This document shows, piece after piece, positions 24,024 to 37,910 of a DNA stretch of 64,000 nt. A model generated the notes under the pieces. It worked only from the letters and a program-made list of their open reading frames with translations. It made no database searches and was not told the DNA's origin. Position 1 is the stretch's first letter, and every line of letters begins with the position of its first letter. This DNA comes from Eledone cirrhosa. Lineage: Eukaryota. The stretch is from positions 336,660,001 through 336,724,000 of the forward strand of contig OZ024740.1 in assembly GCA_964016885.1 (NCBI GenBank). Direction: 5' to 3'. A program made the translations under genes and the position numbers.

Positions 24024-24910
24024 TTTTCCTTTTGGTTTATCTGTGAAATTTTTTACAGAAAGAGTTTCAAAGTTTAGAAAAACACGTGATGCATTTCAAC
24101 TATATTAATATTTCGAAAGTTCTCGAAAGAATATTAACATAAAATTAGTATGGTATATTATCTATTCTTAGGTTACACTCCGCCGTTATCGTAATTCAAC
24201 TATTAATTTTTCTTTTTACAATCAGCTTTCGTAAGTATAAACCTTTCTAAACAGACCATTCGTTTGAGTAATCCTTTGATCTTAAACCACATTTACGACA
24301 TGATAGTTGATATAATTTAACGTTGCTATATCGTTATATCATTACCACCTATTCTTTATTTCTACTATATGTATATGTATAAGTCTAGATATCCTTGTAT
24401 TTATGTTTATATATGTATTACGCTCTATATATTTGTATATACGTATTACACTGTATATACTTGTATATATGTATTACACTGTACTTATTTGTATAGATAT
24501 ATGAATATATCGTTCTATATTTGTATACCTGTATTATTTAACCCAAATGTGTATATATGTACATATAGATGTGTGCATATATATATGTGTGTGTGTGTAT
24601 TCCATTACAAACACTTTGATTTTTATTCTTATATTTTATATTTCATCCTTCATCCATCGCAATATACTCCTTTCTTTACACGAGTAGCCCCCAATTTATG
24701 ATATTTTATTTATTTTATTTAAGACTACCAAACTAATTAATTGCCAAGTTACTACAAATTTAAATGTATATTCCTCACTTCAGATCCAGCATTAAACATG
24801 ATACCAAACGTATCAGTTCCAACATTCTTTTGGATATTACAGCAACACTGAGAATGAGATTCTAACACTTGAACAATCTAGTTTCTTTATTCGTTTGCTT
24901 AAGCTAGCAC

Positions 24911-25192
24911 CAGAGGCGTAACTAGGGTGTGGCACGCCTGGCACGTGACATGGGTGCCACTTGGACTAGGAGCATGTTCTATTAAAGTCAAATAAGCCTC
25001 GTCGGACAGTGAAAAAAGCAACCCCTTCAGATGTATGATCTGTCTCTGATTATCATGGGTGAGAACATTATGGTGCCTGGATCATTAAGCCAGTTATATA
25101 AATTATTAGGCCCATAGGTAAAAATACAGTGCTGGGCAGGGGCACAATTTCACTGCTTGCCATAGGCGCTATTTTTCCTAGTTATGCCTCTG
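24911..25192. mobile_element. 282-bp hAT MITE with perfect 8-bp TSD
   Basis: 16-bp TIRs CAGAGGCGTAACTAGG / CCTAGTTATGCCTCTG (1 mismatch), with GCTAGCAC at 24903-24910 and 25193-25200. Confidence 0.93.
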
Positions 25193-26559
25193 GCTAGCAC
25201 GCTTGAGAAAAATCTCTAGATATAAATACAACATAGCAGACAATAGTCACAGATTACAAGCCTTCACCTAGAGCGGTTAGAGCTATGCACCAGGCATTGT
25301 TCCAGACGATGGAAGAAATTATTGGGCAACTACCACCTGCCTCAAATACAGAACGAATGTTTTCCCTACGCATGATTTCGTTTGATGAGCCCATCAATCT
25401 ACTTTGAGTGTATGCCTCTGCATAAACTGTTGTTGATGTCGTTAAAGAAAACTTCTACAAGTAGCTGGACAGCTGTGTGAAATAGTTCCCCAAAAAGAAC
25501 CTTTGATAATATTAGAGTTTCTAATAATCGCTGCGATGTGCATAAATAGAGAAAGAAATGGGTGTACGCATGAAAGAAAAGAGCACTCAATACGTTTCGT
25601 TTCTGCAAGCTGACCAACTTAATACATAGTATAGCCACAAGCTTAACCAGCCAGATGACAGACAGACAGGCAGACAGATAGATATATTTCTTTATTAGCC
25701 ACAAGGGCGCACAAGAAAAGGGGACAAAACAAAGACATGCCGGGGATTTTACATACAATCGTGTAAAAATATGAAACAAACAATTATAACAATCGAAATA
25801 CCCAATAGAGGGGAGGCGCCACAAATGGGTTGTTTAATACCCCGTCGATAGAACAACCCTCAACTGCAGGAGCGTGTTGTGCAAGTGCTCATTTCTTCCT
25901 TTTGCTCTCTTCTTCAACCTACAGGTTTATATACAGAGAAGGCCCAATCACTCAGGGCATTTTTTCCACATTCACCCACCTTTCAGTAAATTTACTGGGG
26001 TGCAGTGCCTCTCTCTCCACTCTGATTCTCCTTCTAAAGTGGTATCTAAAGAAGGGAATGAGAGATAGATATGTTTCTTTATTAGCCACAGGGGCACAAA
26101 AGAAGGGGACAAATACAAAGGGGGAAGTTTACATACAATAAAAAAGGGAATGAGAGCTAGATAGATAGATAGATAGATAAACTAATGTACATCGTCAAAC
26201 AAGTTATATTGCAGTGTCGTGACATTATTATGACTATCAGAAATTGGTAGGATAGACTTTAGTCTTCTAGCTTTGTATTAATTAGTGAAAAGAGATAGGT
26301 TAAGAGAGAAATCTAAAGAATAATCGATAATTCCAGACTACAATTCTGAAAGAAAGATATGACCTGAAGTGAAGTTAATGCATAAGAAGAATACGTTGGT
26401 TCTTGGCAGCAACTTATTCATTTATAGTTAAACATTTTACATTATCATATCATTACGTCCTTTGTCTCTATTAGTTTAAAGTATAATTACTGGTGTATGT
26501 GTATATCATTAACTAAAATAAGATGATGTGTTGTAACAGAAATGGACATCCGTCGGTTT

Positions 26560-28345
26560 CGACAAAATATATATTCCAGCTGTCGGATCAACAGAACAGC
26601 CTATTCATGAAATTAACAAGTAAGAGACTGAGCATTCCACAAACGCTTGTACCCTTAACGAAAGTTTAAACGAGATTCAATGTGACATAATGCACGACAC
26701 GATTGGCCCTTTTTTGAATTACAGGTACTATCCATCTGACTGGCTTTTAACATCTCATTTACGTAGAATTTTGAAGAGGGTGAAAATCGGCGAGAAATTG
26801 AACTCAAAAATAAGCCAACCTCCTCCATTTTACCACCGTTTTTTTCTTTTTTGTCACATATTTCTCAGCTTATATATGAGTATATACGGTATATGTGGTG
26901 ATGATATTTCCTGATATGTATGTGCACTGTGTCTATGTTGTTAAAAGTAATAAGGCAGACATGTTCCCCTACCTCAACCCACATCGGAGATTGTTTTTGC
27001 TGTCATGGATCCATTGTAGGTTTGATCTGAAAATTGTATGTGGGCAACATTTGAATGTGAAAAACATAGATGACAGAAGAGTGGAATCATCTGTAGATGA
27101 GTCATCGATGTTAGGTGGCAGCTAATAGTCTATTAATGTTCAGGAAAATATTACTGTATGGAGAGGACATAACTAAATCTTGGCACACTTCTTCGTATGG
27201 ATCAGAGGAAACCACACCAGTACACTTAGCACATTTCTATTCGTGAAATTAACATGTAAGTGACTGAGTATTCCACAAACGCTTGTACCCTTAACTAAAT
27301 TTTAAAGGAGATTCAATGTGACATAATGTACGACACGATTGGCCCTTTTTTAATTACAGGTATTATCCATCTGACGGGCTTCCAAGCAGTTTCTGTCTAC
27401 CCAATTTCACTCACAAGGCATGAGTCGATCCGAGGCTATGACAAATGACACATGCCCGAGATACCACGCAATGGGGTCAAGCTCCAGACCTAATAATTGT
27501 AAAACGAACTCTTTAGCCATTCTCCCATGCTGACAATACCACATTTGTATAACTAAATGAAAGATGAATCAATCAGAACGCTGTTACAAGCTCGTTCGAC
27601 CTGCTAGAAATAGCAACCAAATCATTGCCCTGTCGTGATAAAAACAAGAAAGACATAAAAGAATCAATGGTGTAGTTTATTAATTTCCTAAAAGATGGTA
27701 TGATCGCGGCTGAAACAGCTTTCATTGAAGATTTTCTGAATCAAGATTACCTTATGGCTAAACAACAACAACTGTGATATAAAAAGGGCTTAACGTGATT
27801 GCTCAGCGTACAAGAAATAGCAGATAAATTTCATTAAATCATTTCTTATCTTTAAAAACAGAAGGGGGCATCTGTATTGAGGATAATGTTGTTCAAGATA
27901 GAGAACAAAAGCAGAACGATCACGCTTTTAACGTATTTGATCATTAATCTATTCATTTGCTCAATCAGAAGAAACCTGGAGCTAAATACAACAACACTGA
28001 GATGAATTCTCCGTCAGATTCGACGACGATCATTCAGTTGTTCATTTATCGTCCAACTCGCTAATTAACTAGTAAGTGGTTGAGTATTCCATAAACACGT
28101 GTATCCGTAACATAATTCTCAGGTAGAATCAACGAGACACAACATGTGACAAGGCAGGGCCTTTGAATTACAGGTACAATCTATCCGAAGAGCTTCTATA
28201 TATTTTCCATCTATCCAATTTCACTCACAAGACTTGAATCGACCCGAGGCTACAATAAAGACACTTGCCCAAGGTGACACATAGTGGGATCGAACCCTGG
28301 AACATGATTGTGAAGCAAATTTCTCAACCATTCAGCTATTCCTAT
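26560..28345. mobile_element. Cluster of SINE family C copies (minus) and (CAA)-tailed family D repeats (plus)
   Basis: The motif GAGTATTCCAC...TGTACCCTTAAC...TTTGAATTACAGGTA recurs here and at about 20640, 22620, 51990 and, inverted, 30350. The motif TAGAAATAGCAGCCAAAT...CTAAACAACAAC also recurs. Confidence 0.75.
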
Positions 28346-31300
28346 ATCCAGACAACACCTATGTATAAATGGTACTGTAACTCCTGAGAGAGTCGTTGGG
28401 GCGATTTTTCTAGGGCAATTTTTAAACCTGGCGGAGCCCATCTCCCCTCCAGGTATGAATACAGCAGATTTCTTCCAGAAATGGATTGAGAGAATGTAAA
28501 TGAGAAAGATATATAGAGGAGGAATTGACTTCAGTACTTGAGTGGTATTTTTTTATCGACTTTGAATAGATGAAAGGCAAAATTGACCTCGGCTGGATTT
28601 GAACTCAGAGAGCACAGAGTCGGAATGAATACCGTAAAGCATTCTATCCGATGTTCTAACGAATCTGCCAATTCGCCGCCTATACACAACACCTATAGAT
28701 ATGAGATATTTGGTTAGGATAAGTAGGTTAGGGGGACCGAGCCAACCTCACCTTCATGCGGTAGTCACTAGGAAAGCATTTACTATAATGCTTTGCTAAC
28801 GAGGTTCAGTGTATGAAAAAAATATGTTGATGAACTATAATGATGTACGTACATGCGTATACACACACACATACACACATACATGTCGCAACTATTCATC
28901 GCATATTTGCCGATCATCAGACATGATGTGGCATGAAAAGAGGAAGTTGGTTAGGATTGCACTACTACTAGTTTTATTGCTTGTTTTATAACCACACAAA
29001 CAACAGCTTTTGCAACAGTTGTGTATGGAAAATAAGCAGAAGGCTGTGGTTGTCATGATTTCCTTAACATGACAGACCTAAACTAAATTATATAATCTTC
29101 AACCCCCAGAAAGTGTGAAGAGTTCAAATTCCACCGAGGTTAGCTTTGCCTTTCATCCTTTCGTGGTCGATAATATAAAGTACCAGTAATGCACTAGGGT
29201 CTAATTGATCGACTTTCCCCTACTTTTCAAGTTGCTGGTCTTGTGCCAAAAATAGAAACAATTATTTTTACTTTGGGCGCAAGGCCAGTCATTTGTAGGA
29301 GGCGGAATCGATTAAATCGACCAAATACTTGACTGGTACTTTATTTTATAGATCCCTAAAGGGTGAAAGGTAAAATTTACCTTGTAGGCATTTGAATTCA
29401 GAACGTCAAAAACCGGAACGAATACTGCTATGCATTTGTCGGAAATTTTAACAACTCTACCAATCCCCTACCAATTTGGAGGAAGGGAAAGTCGATTAAA
29501 TCGACTCAGTGCATTACTGGTACTTTATTGTAAAGATGAAAGGCAAAGCTAACCTCGGCAGGATTTGAACTCAAATTGTAAAGGGGCGTAACACTATGCC
29601 ATAAAGCATGGTCTCCGACACTCTAACAACTCTACCAGTCCACCAGCTTATGATAGAAATTAATAATAAACTGCACCTTTGTATTTCAAGTTCAAATTTT
29701 ATTAATTTGGTCTTGACTGGTGCTATTTTAACGACCCTGTAACAATGAGGGTCAAAGTCGACCGGAGCGGGATATGAACTCAGAAGGTTATAAAGGTGTA
29801 ACTAAACACCGCTATTTTACCGATTCTGCCAATGCCAACCACTCTAATCAGTAACTTAATGTATATAAAGATCAATAGAAATGACAGCGATGGTAGACAG
29901 CCAAATATATATTACAGAGTCGTTAAGGTATCCGATAAAATGCCTTGTGGTATTCATGCCGACTCTGCACTCGGAGTTTAAATCTCGCCGAGGCCACTTT
30001 TTCTTTTCATCCTTTCTGGATCGATAATGTACCAGTCCAGTTCAGTCCTGGGATCGATTTCTGTCTCTCTCTCTCTTTCTCTATCATCGGGTGTGTTTCA
30101 GCCTGAAGGATAGTCACCGCCAGGTTTTAAATTCCTTTATGTCGCGACGATGCATCTACGACTTCGTTAGGAGTTATAGGATCAGATCGACAATATTTTA
30201 CTACCTTCTGAGTTCAAAGTTTCGATAAATTAAGTACCAGTAATGTTCGTAAGGTAGCGAGTTCGATTCCTGGCGATACCTTGTATCCTTGGGCAAGACA
30301 CTTTATTTCACGTTGCTTCAGTCCACTCAGTTGAATCTCTTTGTGAAATACATTAAGGGTACACGTGTCTGTGAAATTCTCATCCACTTGTATATTACTT
30401 TCACGAGCTGGCTATTCTGTGGTTCGATCAACTGGAACACTCGTCGTCGGAAGCGACGGAGGTCCAACAACAAAAACAATGTTCTGGGGCTCGTGTCAGT
30501 CACCTTTATCTATCACACCGCCCCCAACAAGTTTTGTGGCGTTGTACCAAAGTTAAACATCTTTTATTGAATGTTTTGCTCTGTATATGATGTATATATA
30601 TATATTTAGCTAGTGTAAAAATATGTATAAAGAGAAATGCGAAATAGTAATCAAGTAGTCAGGTGGAATTGTAAGCCGAAGAATACTGTTTCATTCAAAG
30701 AATGGAAGGAATGCACTAGAGACTCGACTGTAAAAAAATATTCTTGTAATTCTTTATTTTTATAACCTCTAGTCACGAAATCTGTTGCCTCTTTGCTGCT
30801 CTGGCAATTTTGGTTAGTAGTGCAAACCTAAAACACTTGCAAGTTGCTTTTTTGTTGTTGTTCTTGTGGGTTTCTTTGTTTTTTTTGTTGTATTTTTGGT
30901 TGATTTTTTTGTGGGTGGATGGGTGGGGTTGCAGATTTTTCTACCTGTCTAGCTGGAAACTGCTGTTTTGTTATTGCAGCTGCAACTACTGCTAATATCG
31001 TTCTTGGTGTTGTTGCAGTCGAGATAGTAATGATTAAGTAGAGGTGAATGATGATGGGAAGCGGTAGATGAAATAAGTTTATATAAACTTATTTTTACTA
31101 AGGTTTTAAACCCCTGGGGCTTAAACTATTTCATTTTTCGGTAATGTTGCACTCCGTTGACACAATTTAGCCATGTCGAACCACTTTCAAGGACATTGAA
31201 GGAGGTATGAATATCCCTGAATCTCTCCGAGGCTCCTATCCCTGTAAATTGATGACCTGGTGAACTTATACTAAAATAATATACTAAATCCAAGGGCGGT

Positions 31301-34102
31301 GCCCCAGCATGGCCTCAGCCGGATGGCTGAAACAGGTAAAAGAGTAAAAGAGTAAATCGATTCAACAAATGACTGGAAAATATCAAATTCGTTTCCATTG
31401 GCTTTACCTCAAACACACATACTCAGAAACACGCTAAAAATAGACTCTAATTTGTTACAATAACCTACTTGTGGGTATCAACAATAGGGCTGAGAGGAAA
31501 TACCGCAGGGGAATGTTCTGTATACTAAATATAGGTGCTCTGATTCTGTAATTCTGCCGTTGTTCACTTCATCATCTCTAATGAACACAGTGTAGTGGAT
31601 TGGCAGAATCATTAGAGTGTTGGATAGAATGTTTTACAGTATTCGTTCCGATACTCGATGATCTGAATTCAAATCCCACCAAGGTCAACTTCGCCTTTCA
31701 TTTTCTGGAGTTGATAAAATAAAGTACCAGTCAAGTACTAGAGTTGATATAATCGACTTTTCCCTCCCTCAAAATTGCTGGCCTTATATCCAAATCAACA
31801 TCTTAAGTGAGCACATCATGTGAGTGCAAGGCATTTTAGCATTGTATTTTTTTACACATATTTCTTTGTTTCTTGAATTTGTTAAAGGTTTTTTTGTTGT
31901 TCTAAGCCATTCTAGATATTTAATATTTCTTTGTATTTTTGCTTCTCTGATTTCCTTTACTCAGAAATAGAAGACTAAATTTTAATCAATTCGTTGTGGT
32001 TATTGTACTTTTTTATATAAATCGCCACACTTTTCGTCACATGTCCCTCACTTGTTACCTATGTGGCAATAATAAAGAAAGAATTGTGATTGTTATTAAG
32101 GGGGGCGGTGGATTGACAGAATCGTTAGTTGTGGCTGTTTACTTTCGGAGTTCAATTCCAGCTGAAGTAAACTTTCATCCTTGAAGGGGTGATGAAAAAA
32201 AAATATCACTTAAGTGTTGGAGTCGGTGTAATCGACTTTCGCTTATAGCCATCCCACCCTCAAAAATATTATTAAGAAGTCGATTGAGTGACGGTTTTTA
32301 GTTATGTGTTTTTACATTCCTGGTTCAAATCTTGTCTGAGCCGACTTTTCCTTTCGTAGTTCAAGGAGAATCTATAAAATAAATTACCAACCATCGCCTG
32401 TTCACCCACTCTTAAAGGAGATTGGGCTGACCAGACTGTAGCTAAAGGTAGCACAGTATTTAAAGGGCGCCAGATTGCTTTTTTTTTGTTACCATAAATA
32501 ATAAGCAAGGGTCCCATGCAAGACTAGTTCAGCTCTGCTCCAACCTCCGGAATATTTACCTTGTGCTGTGGAGAAAAATGATGGAATGACTGCTAAACAA
32601 AATGCATAACGTGACTTAGATACGTTTCTTTAAGTTCTGAGTTCAAATCGTACCTAAGTCAACTTTGATCTTCCATCCTTGCTGGTTGATTAAATAAGTA
32701 CCAAACGTCTACTGATGTCGATAAAGTCAATACTACCCCTCCCCGTTCTACTTACATACATCTAGCATTGAGCCAGTGGAGGAATTGTTAGAAGGAAAGT
32801 AGCAGGATCAGTGACAGAAAGGATAGAGTGCCGGACCAAATGTCTTACAGAATTCAATTACGTTCTTTCTGAGTTCAAATCACAGAGGTTAACTTCATAT
32901 TGTATAACTTCAAGGTGGTGTGCTGTCGGAATCATTAGCGTGCCGAACGGGATACTTTGCAGTATTTGTTCGTTGCATTCTAAATTCAAATCCGTCATAG
33001 CCTACTTGGGTGCTAGGCTTAATCCGCTGTCTGGTTTAACACCACCATCAAGTATTCGTAGCCGGTTTCGAGTTGACGGATACCTTCCTCCCTAACACCA
33101 ATCTTGGAGGCTCAAAAAAGGATCATCAACGTTTCGCTTTACTGCGACTAAACGATAAAAAGAAAAAACCTTTTCCTTTAGCAGTCAAGTATTGGTGTTA
33201 AATTTTTAATCAACTGTTCGCTCTTTTAAAATGTGTAATATCGTGTTTAGAAATTATTATTGTTGCGGTTGTTGTTTAGTCCAAGTGCAGACTTGATTGA
33301 GAAGGTCTATGATCAGCTGAGAAGACCTATGCCCCAACTGTGGACATTTCATCAGTTTGTATGTCCTGGACAACATTGTATTACACAATCTGTGATTCCT
33401 GTTTTTCATGGTGTGATGTAATCTGAGGGAAATTTGACTGATATTTCTAGCAGATCAAGCTATTGCCAAAAGGCGCTCATGGTGATCAGTTATTACTATT
33501 GTTGTTTTTAGGGCGATTGGTTAGCAGAATCCTTAGAGCATCGGGAAAATGTCTCGTAGTAGTGAAGTCTATGTTTCGCTGAAAATGTCTCAAAGAACCA
33601 AAACCTGTCTAAAGTTGTCTCCCGTACATTCAGAAAGACTCGAAATAATGTTAACCAATGGACTAATATTTAAGAGAGCGTCGGACACCATGCTTTGCAA
33701 CATAGAGTTACGGTCTTTTACGTTCTGAGTTCAAATCCCGACGAGGTTAGCTTTCCCTTTCATCCTTACGGGGTCGATAAAATAAAGTATCAGTTACGCA
33801 CTGAAGTCGATTTAATCGACTTTCCCCTCCCCCAAAATTGCTTCCCTTGTGCCTAAATCAGAACCTATTATTTGCTCAAATTCTGTTACGATTATCAACA
33901 TTATCACTCATTCACCTGAGTTGTATATGTCAGCCCTAGTGTTATAGGTCTATGATAAAAGGCGTTTTAGCTACGACAATTCGGTCTTTCTCCCATCATC
34001 TGTGTATCTAGCACTGCAGTTTTCAACATGTTCGAACCTTTATACATACATACATACATACATACAAGCGATTCTTTGCTTAAACTTTAATCTGTTATTT
34101 TA

Positions 34103-34149
<47 letters not shown>

Positions 34150-34158
34150 GTATATATG

Positions 34159-34375
34159 TAAAAGGTAAACAGAAATAACAACACAATCGGTACAGTATAT
34201 GGAAGGTATATATTAGGTTAACGCTTGATATAGCAGGAAGAGGGTCTTAACGTTTCGGACGCTAGTCCTTCATCAGAAGAAAGAATGAGAAATAAAATAG
34301 ATTAAGGGGACGGGCGGGATGGAATTGGAAAAAAATGTCTTTAGATAAAAATAATAGGTTCATTCATGTTGACAT
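34159..34375 (-). mobile_element. Hammerhead-bearing repeat, copy 2
   Basis: Differs from 23611-23826 at only a handful of positions and is preceded by (TA)n. Confidence 0.7.
34245..34280 (-). ncRNA. Minimal type I hammerhead ribozyme (identical to 23697-23732)
   Basis: Same 36-nt sequence as 23697-23732. Confidence 0.82.
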
Positions 34376-35322
34376 TTCTTGCAAAACTGTTGGTGCTGGC
34401 GTTTTGTGTATGATTTGTTTTTTTAGAAAAGTGGATGATGGCGCGCGTCTATTATTACTTTTATGATTTTAATAACCTCTGTCATTTTCGTTCTACTAGT
34501 TTATTTACATTATTCTTAACTCCGGGCGGTGAATTGGCAGTATCGGTAGAGGGTCGGACATGCTTTCCGGCATAGTTACGTCCATTTACGATCTGAGTTC
34601 AAATCCCTGAATTTGCCTTTCATCCATACAGAGGTCGATAAAATAAAGTACCAGTAATGTACTGGGTAATTGCTGGCCTTGTGCCAAAAGTAGAAACAAT
34701 TATTCTTAACTCCTAAGCTGAGAATCATTCGGTTTCCTAAATAGAATATTAGTCTAATAACTCCATTTATACCATAAACGTGGTTTTGTCTTTGCGTGTA
34801 TTTGTTCTCAGTGATCCATATAACGACGTATTATCTTCGCTTTTTTCCGTTCATTGCCAGGGAACGTCTTCACGAACCAAAGTATCGTCTTCCTGTTTTC
34901 CTTCGGTTGCAACGTTTTTTGAAATATTTACTTCTGCGTTCACAGATTGTTTTTTTTTTTTGTAGTTTCAGAAGATCCCGTTAAGGGTGAAAGCAGCGAT
35001 TCTTTGCTTAAACTTTACTTTGTTATTTTAATAAATAAATATATATAAATATAATTTCCGCAAGATCGAATTTCGGCAGTGGTCGAAAACAAAGCGAAAC
35101 GCAATATCCGAGTTATGCGGCAAGCACTCCATGGACTAAAAAAAAGACCAGAGCAATAAACATAGGTTATAGAGGCCAAACAACTGAGAATGGTGATCAA
35201 GAAGCTATCAACCACCTAAGCCAAAAAACGAAGCAGGCCAAACAGGTCAAACAAAAGAATATTTACCTGGACCCCTGGAATTGATGGTATAATCCAATAA
35301 AGGGTTTCTGCGACACCTAAAT

Positions 35323-35354
<32 letters not shown>

Positions 35355-35978
35355 AGTAGTAACACAACAGTTAGTTCACCATACCGAGAACAAATATGGT
35401 GAACTAACTGTTGTGTAACTACTTCTACCAAACTCGTCCCATGGGCTGAGTACTCGACTACTACGGATATTACCCTCCAGTGTTCTACCTATATATAGAG
35501 AGAGAGAGACACAGACAGAGAGAGACAGAGGCTGGGGTAGAAGGTAATTTCAGAAAAATTTGGCTATTTCTAACCGCCTGAATGACCGTGTAGAGAGATG
35601 CTCTTTCGTCCGCGTGTATAAAAGTACCAGTTGGTATTGGTGTTTAGTCCGAGGTCAGCTCTGGTCAAGCTGACACATGATGAAAAGTCATTCTGGCCAT
35701 GACCATTCCTAATTGGTGAAGGGAGAGGGTTGTTTATATTTTTGTTTTCGTTGCTTTTCAGATATAGTCTACGGTCACCTTATCCAATATATATATTTTA
35801 ACAAAACGGTAGAGACTAATTTCAAGGAGATTTGGCTGTTTTCTTTAGCTGGTCGAGCGACCATAAAGCAGTTCCCTTGTAAGTACGTAAAAATACCAGT
35901 AATATTCTGTGGTAGAATGAGTCTGGTATAACTTTTTCCTGCGATAAATTGGCTTTAAGTCAAAGCGAGAAATCATTA

Positions 35979-35993
35979 TTTCGAGAAGTTTCA
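35979..35993. promoter_or_regulatory. Heat-shock element (three alternating nGAAn units)
   Basis: tTTCgaGAAgtTTCa, about 550 bp upstream of the SQSTM1-like ATG. Confidence 0.5.
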
Positions 35994-36052
35994 CATATTT
36001 ATTTACTGGTTAAACATGTACCTGTTTTAAAATAGAGTGGAAGCTAGAAACA

Positions 36053-36060
36053 TGACGTCA
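36053..36060. promoter_or_regulatory. Full palindromic CRE/ATF site
   Basis: TGACGTCA about 480 bp upstream of the ATG, in non-repetitive sequence. Confidence 0.45.
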
Positions 36061-36537
36061 GTGGAAACTATATTGTAGCTGTCATAAATAGCATCTCGCT
36101 AGCTGCTTGCCAGAACAGTGCCAAATAGGAATCTGCGAGGGCTTCTCATTAGAAGTGACTTGTTCATATGTATATATATACCCACCCACAGAAATTTCGA
36201 ATGGGCTTTCGTTTGCTTCAACTCTTCCTCACTAATATTTGTAACTAATTAATTCATACATCACCGACTTCTGGTATCCCCCGCCTCCAGCACTCAAAGC
36301 AGATTCGGTCTGGCTAGATCTAAGGGCTCGTAGCCACCCTGTGTGAAGTTTTATGTGATAGTTTCTGTTAGATTTCACAAAATGATTAAAGCAATGATTA
36401 CTGGCTGGTTGAGTGGATTCCTTTTTTACGTCGGAGACCAGTAATCTTTCGAAGAAGTTCACACGAAGTGAGAGAGGTAAACGGGCGAGATTTCTCTGAA
36501 TAACAACAATAATAATTTAACGGAGAGGGTCGGTAAT

Positions 36538-36712
36538 ATGTCGTTGACGATCAAGGCATATATCCTGTCAGGTCGATCGAAGACTGACTGCCAAGAGATA
36601 CGACGATTTACTGCATCAGAGAATACTGTCAGGAACTACCACGGGCTTCAGGATAAAGTATGTGAAGTGTTCCCTAGTCTGAATCGAACTGGTATCAATT
36701 TACACTGGAAGG
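36538..36712 (+). CDS. SQSTM1: Sequestosome-1/p62 homologue, coding exon 1 (N-terminal half of PB1 domain)
   Basis: MSLTIKAYILSGRSKTDCQEIRRF...KVCEVFPSL...LHWK resembles human [23 protein letters not shown]...RVAALFPAL...AHYR. It ends at the consensus donor AAGG|GTAAGT (phase 1). Confidence 0.9.
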
Positions 36713-37879
36713 GTAAGTTATTTTGACATCTCAGCTTCACTGCCGTCCTTTTTGTAGATTTTTTTTTCTTTCTTTTCCGAAACTTTGTTTTTCTGTCCAA
36801 GCAAAGTTTAGAAGTAAAATCTAATTGGTTTTAGTCGTCCGTAAAGAGTGGACAGGTGTGAAGCGGTGGGGAGTTTGTCTGGAAGATATATTACATCACT
36901 TTATTCGATGTCAGAGTAGAATGAATGGAGAGACAGAAAAATAGAAAAAAGAAGATAAGAGGCGATTTTACGATTTGTGTTCATATCCCAAAGGACGGAG
37001 TTTTTGGAACGGATGAACACATCATAGTAACCACAAGAGAACAGAACTGATTGTAAAGTTGATGTTTTGTTTGTGTATATAAACGATGCTGTGTATTATG
37101 TTTGTATGTGACAGTGTGTGTGTATGTTTGTGTGTATCTATTTGTGTGCAAATAATATAATCGTGTGTACATTGGTCTATGTGTTTGTGTGTAAACGCAA
37201 TCGTGTGTGCTTGTGTGTTAATGTAACTATGTGTATGTTGGCGTGTATGTGTTTGTGCGTAAGTATAATCGTGTGTGTATGTACATTGGTGTATGTGTTT
37301 GTGTGTAAATGTGACTGTGTGTGTGTACATTGGTGTATATGTTTGTGTGTAAACGCAATTGTGTATGTTTGTGTGTAAATATGACTGTGTGTGTGTATTT
37401 GTGTAAATATGATCATGCGTGTATGTACGTTGGTGTGTAAATGTGATTGTGTGTATTATGTAAGTGTGTTGATATGTATTTATTTGTATGTGTTAGTGTG
37501 CAGTGATGTATTGGTATATATGAGTATGTGTAGGTGTGATAACGCCTGTGGTTGTATATATGTCTGTATGTGCTTGTTTGAGTTGTTGATGTTTGTTTTT
37601 TTATTAAACACCGATGCTGTAACATCAAATAACTCACACAGAAAAACCAAATACAAATGGAATAAAAAGAGTAGAGTAGACATCTGTTTGGTTCATGCCA
37701 TTACTGTTATTGCAGGAGACATGTAATGGTTCCAATAGAATTTTTAGCAAATCTGGGAAACAATCAAAACTTCTCTCCTCTCTCTCCCCCCCCCTCTCTC
37801 TACCTTTCTCATGTATGTAGGAGTGTCTAAGCGATGAATGCATGTGCATAAGATGAACACACGCATACATACATTCATT

Positions 37880-37910
<31 letters not shown>

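Larger units (their letters stand above)
28520..34710. mobile_element. Dense field of family A SINE copies in both orientations
   Basis: Many GAGTTCAAATC...GATAAAATAAAGTACCAGT copies, e.g. + at about 29120, 31590, 33680, 34525 and - at about 28530, 29270, 29480. Confidence 0.8.
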
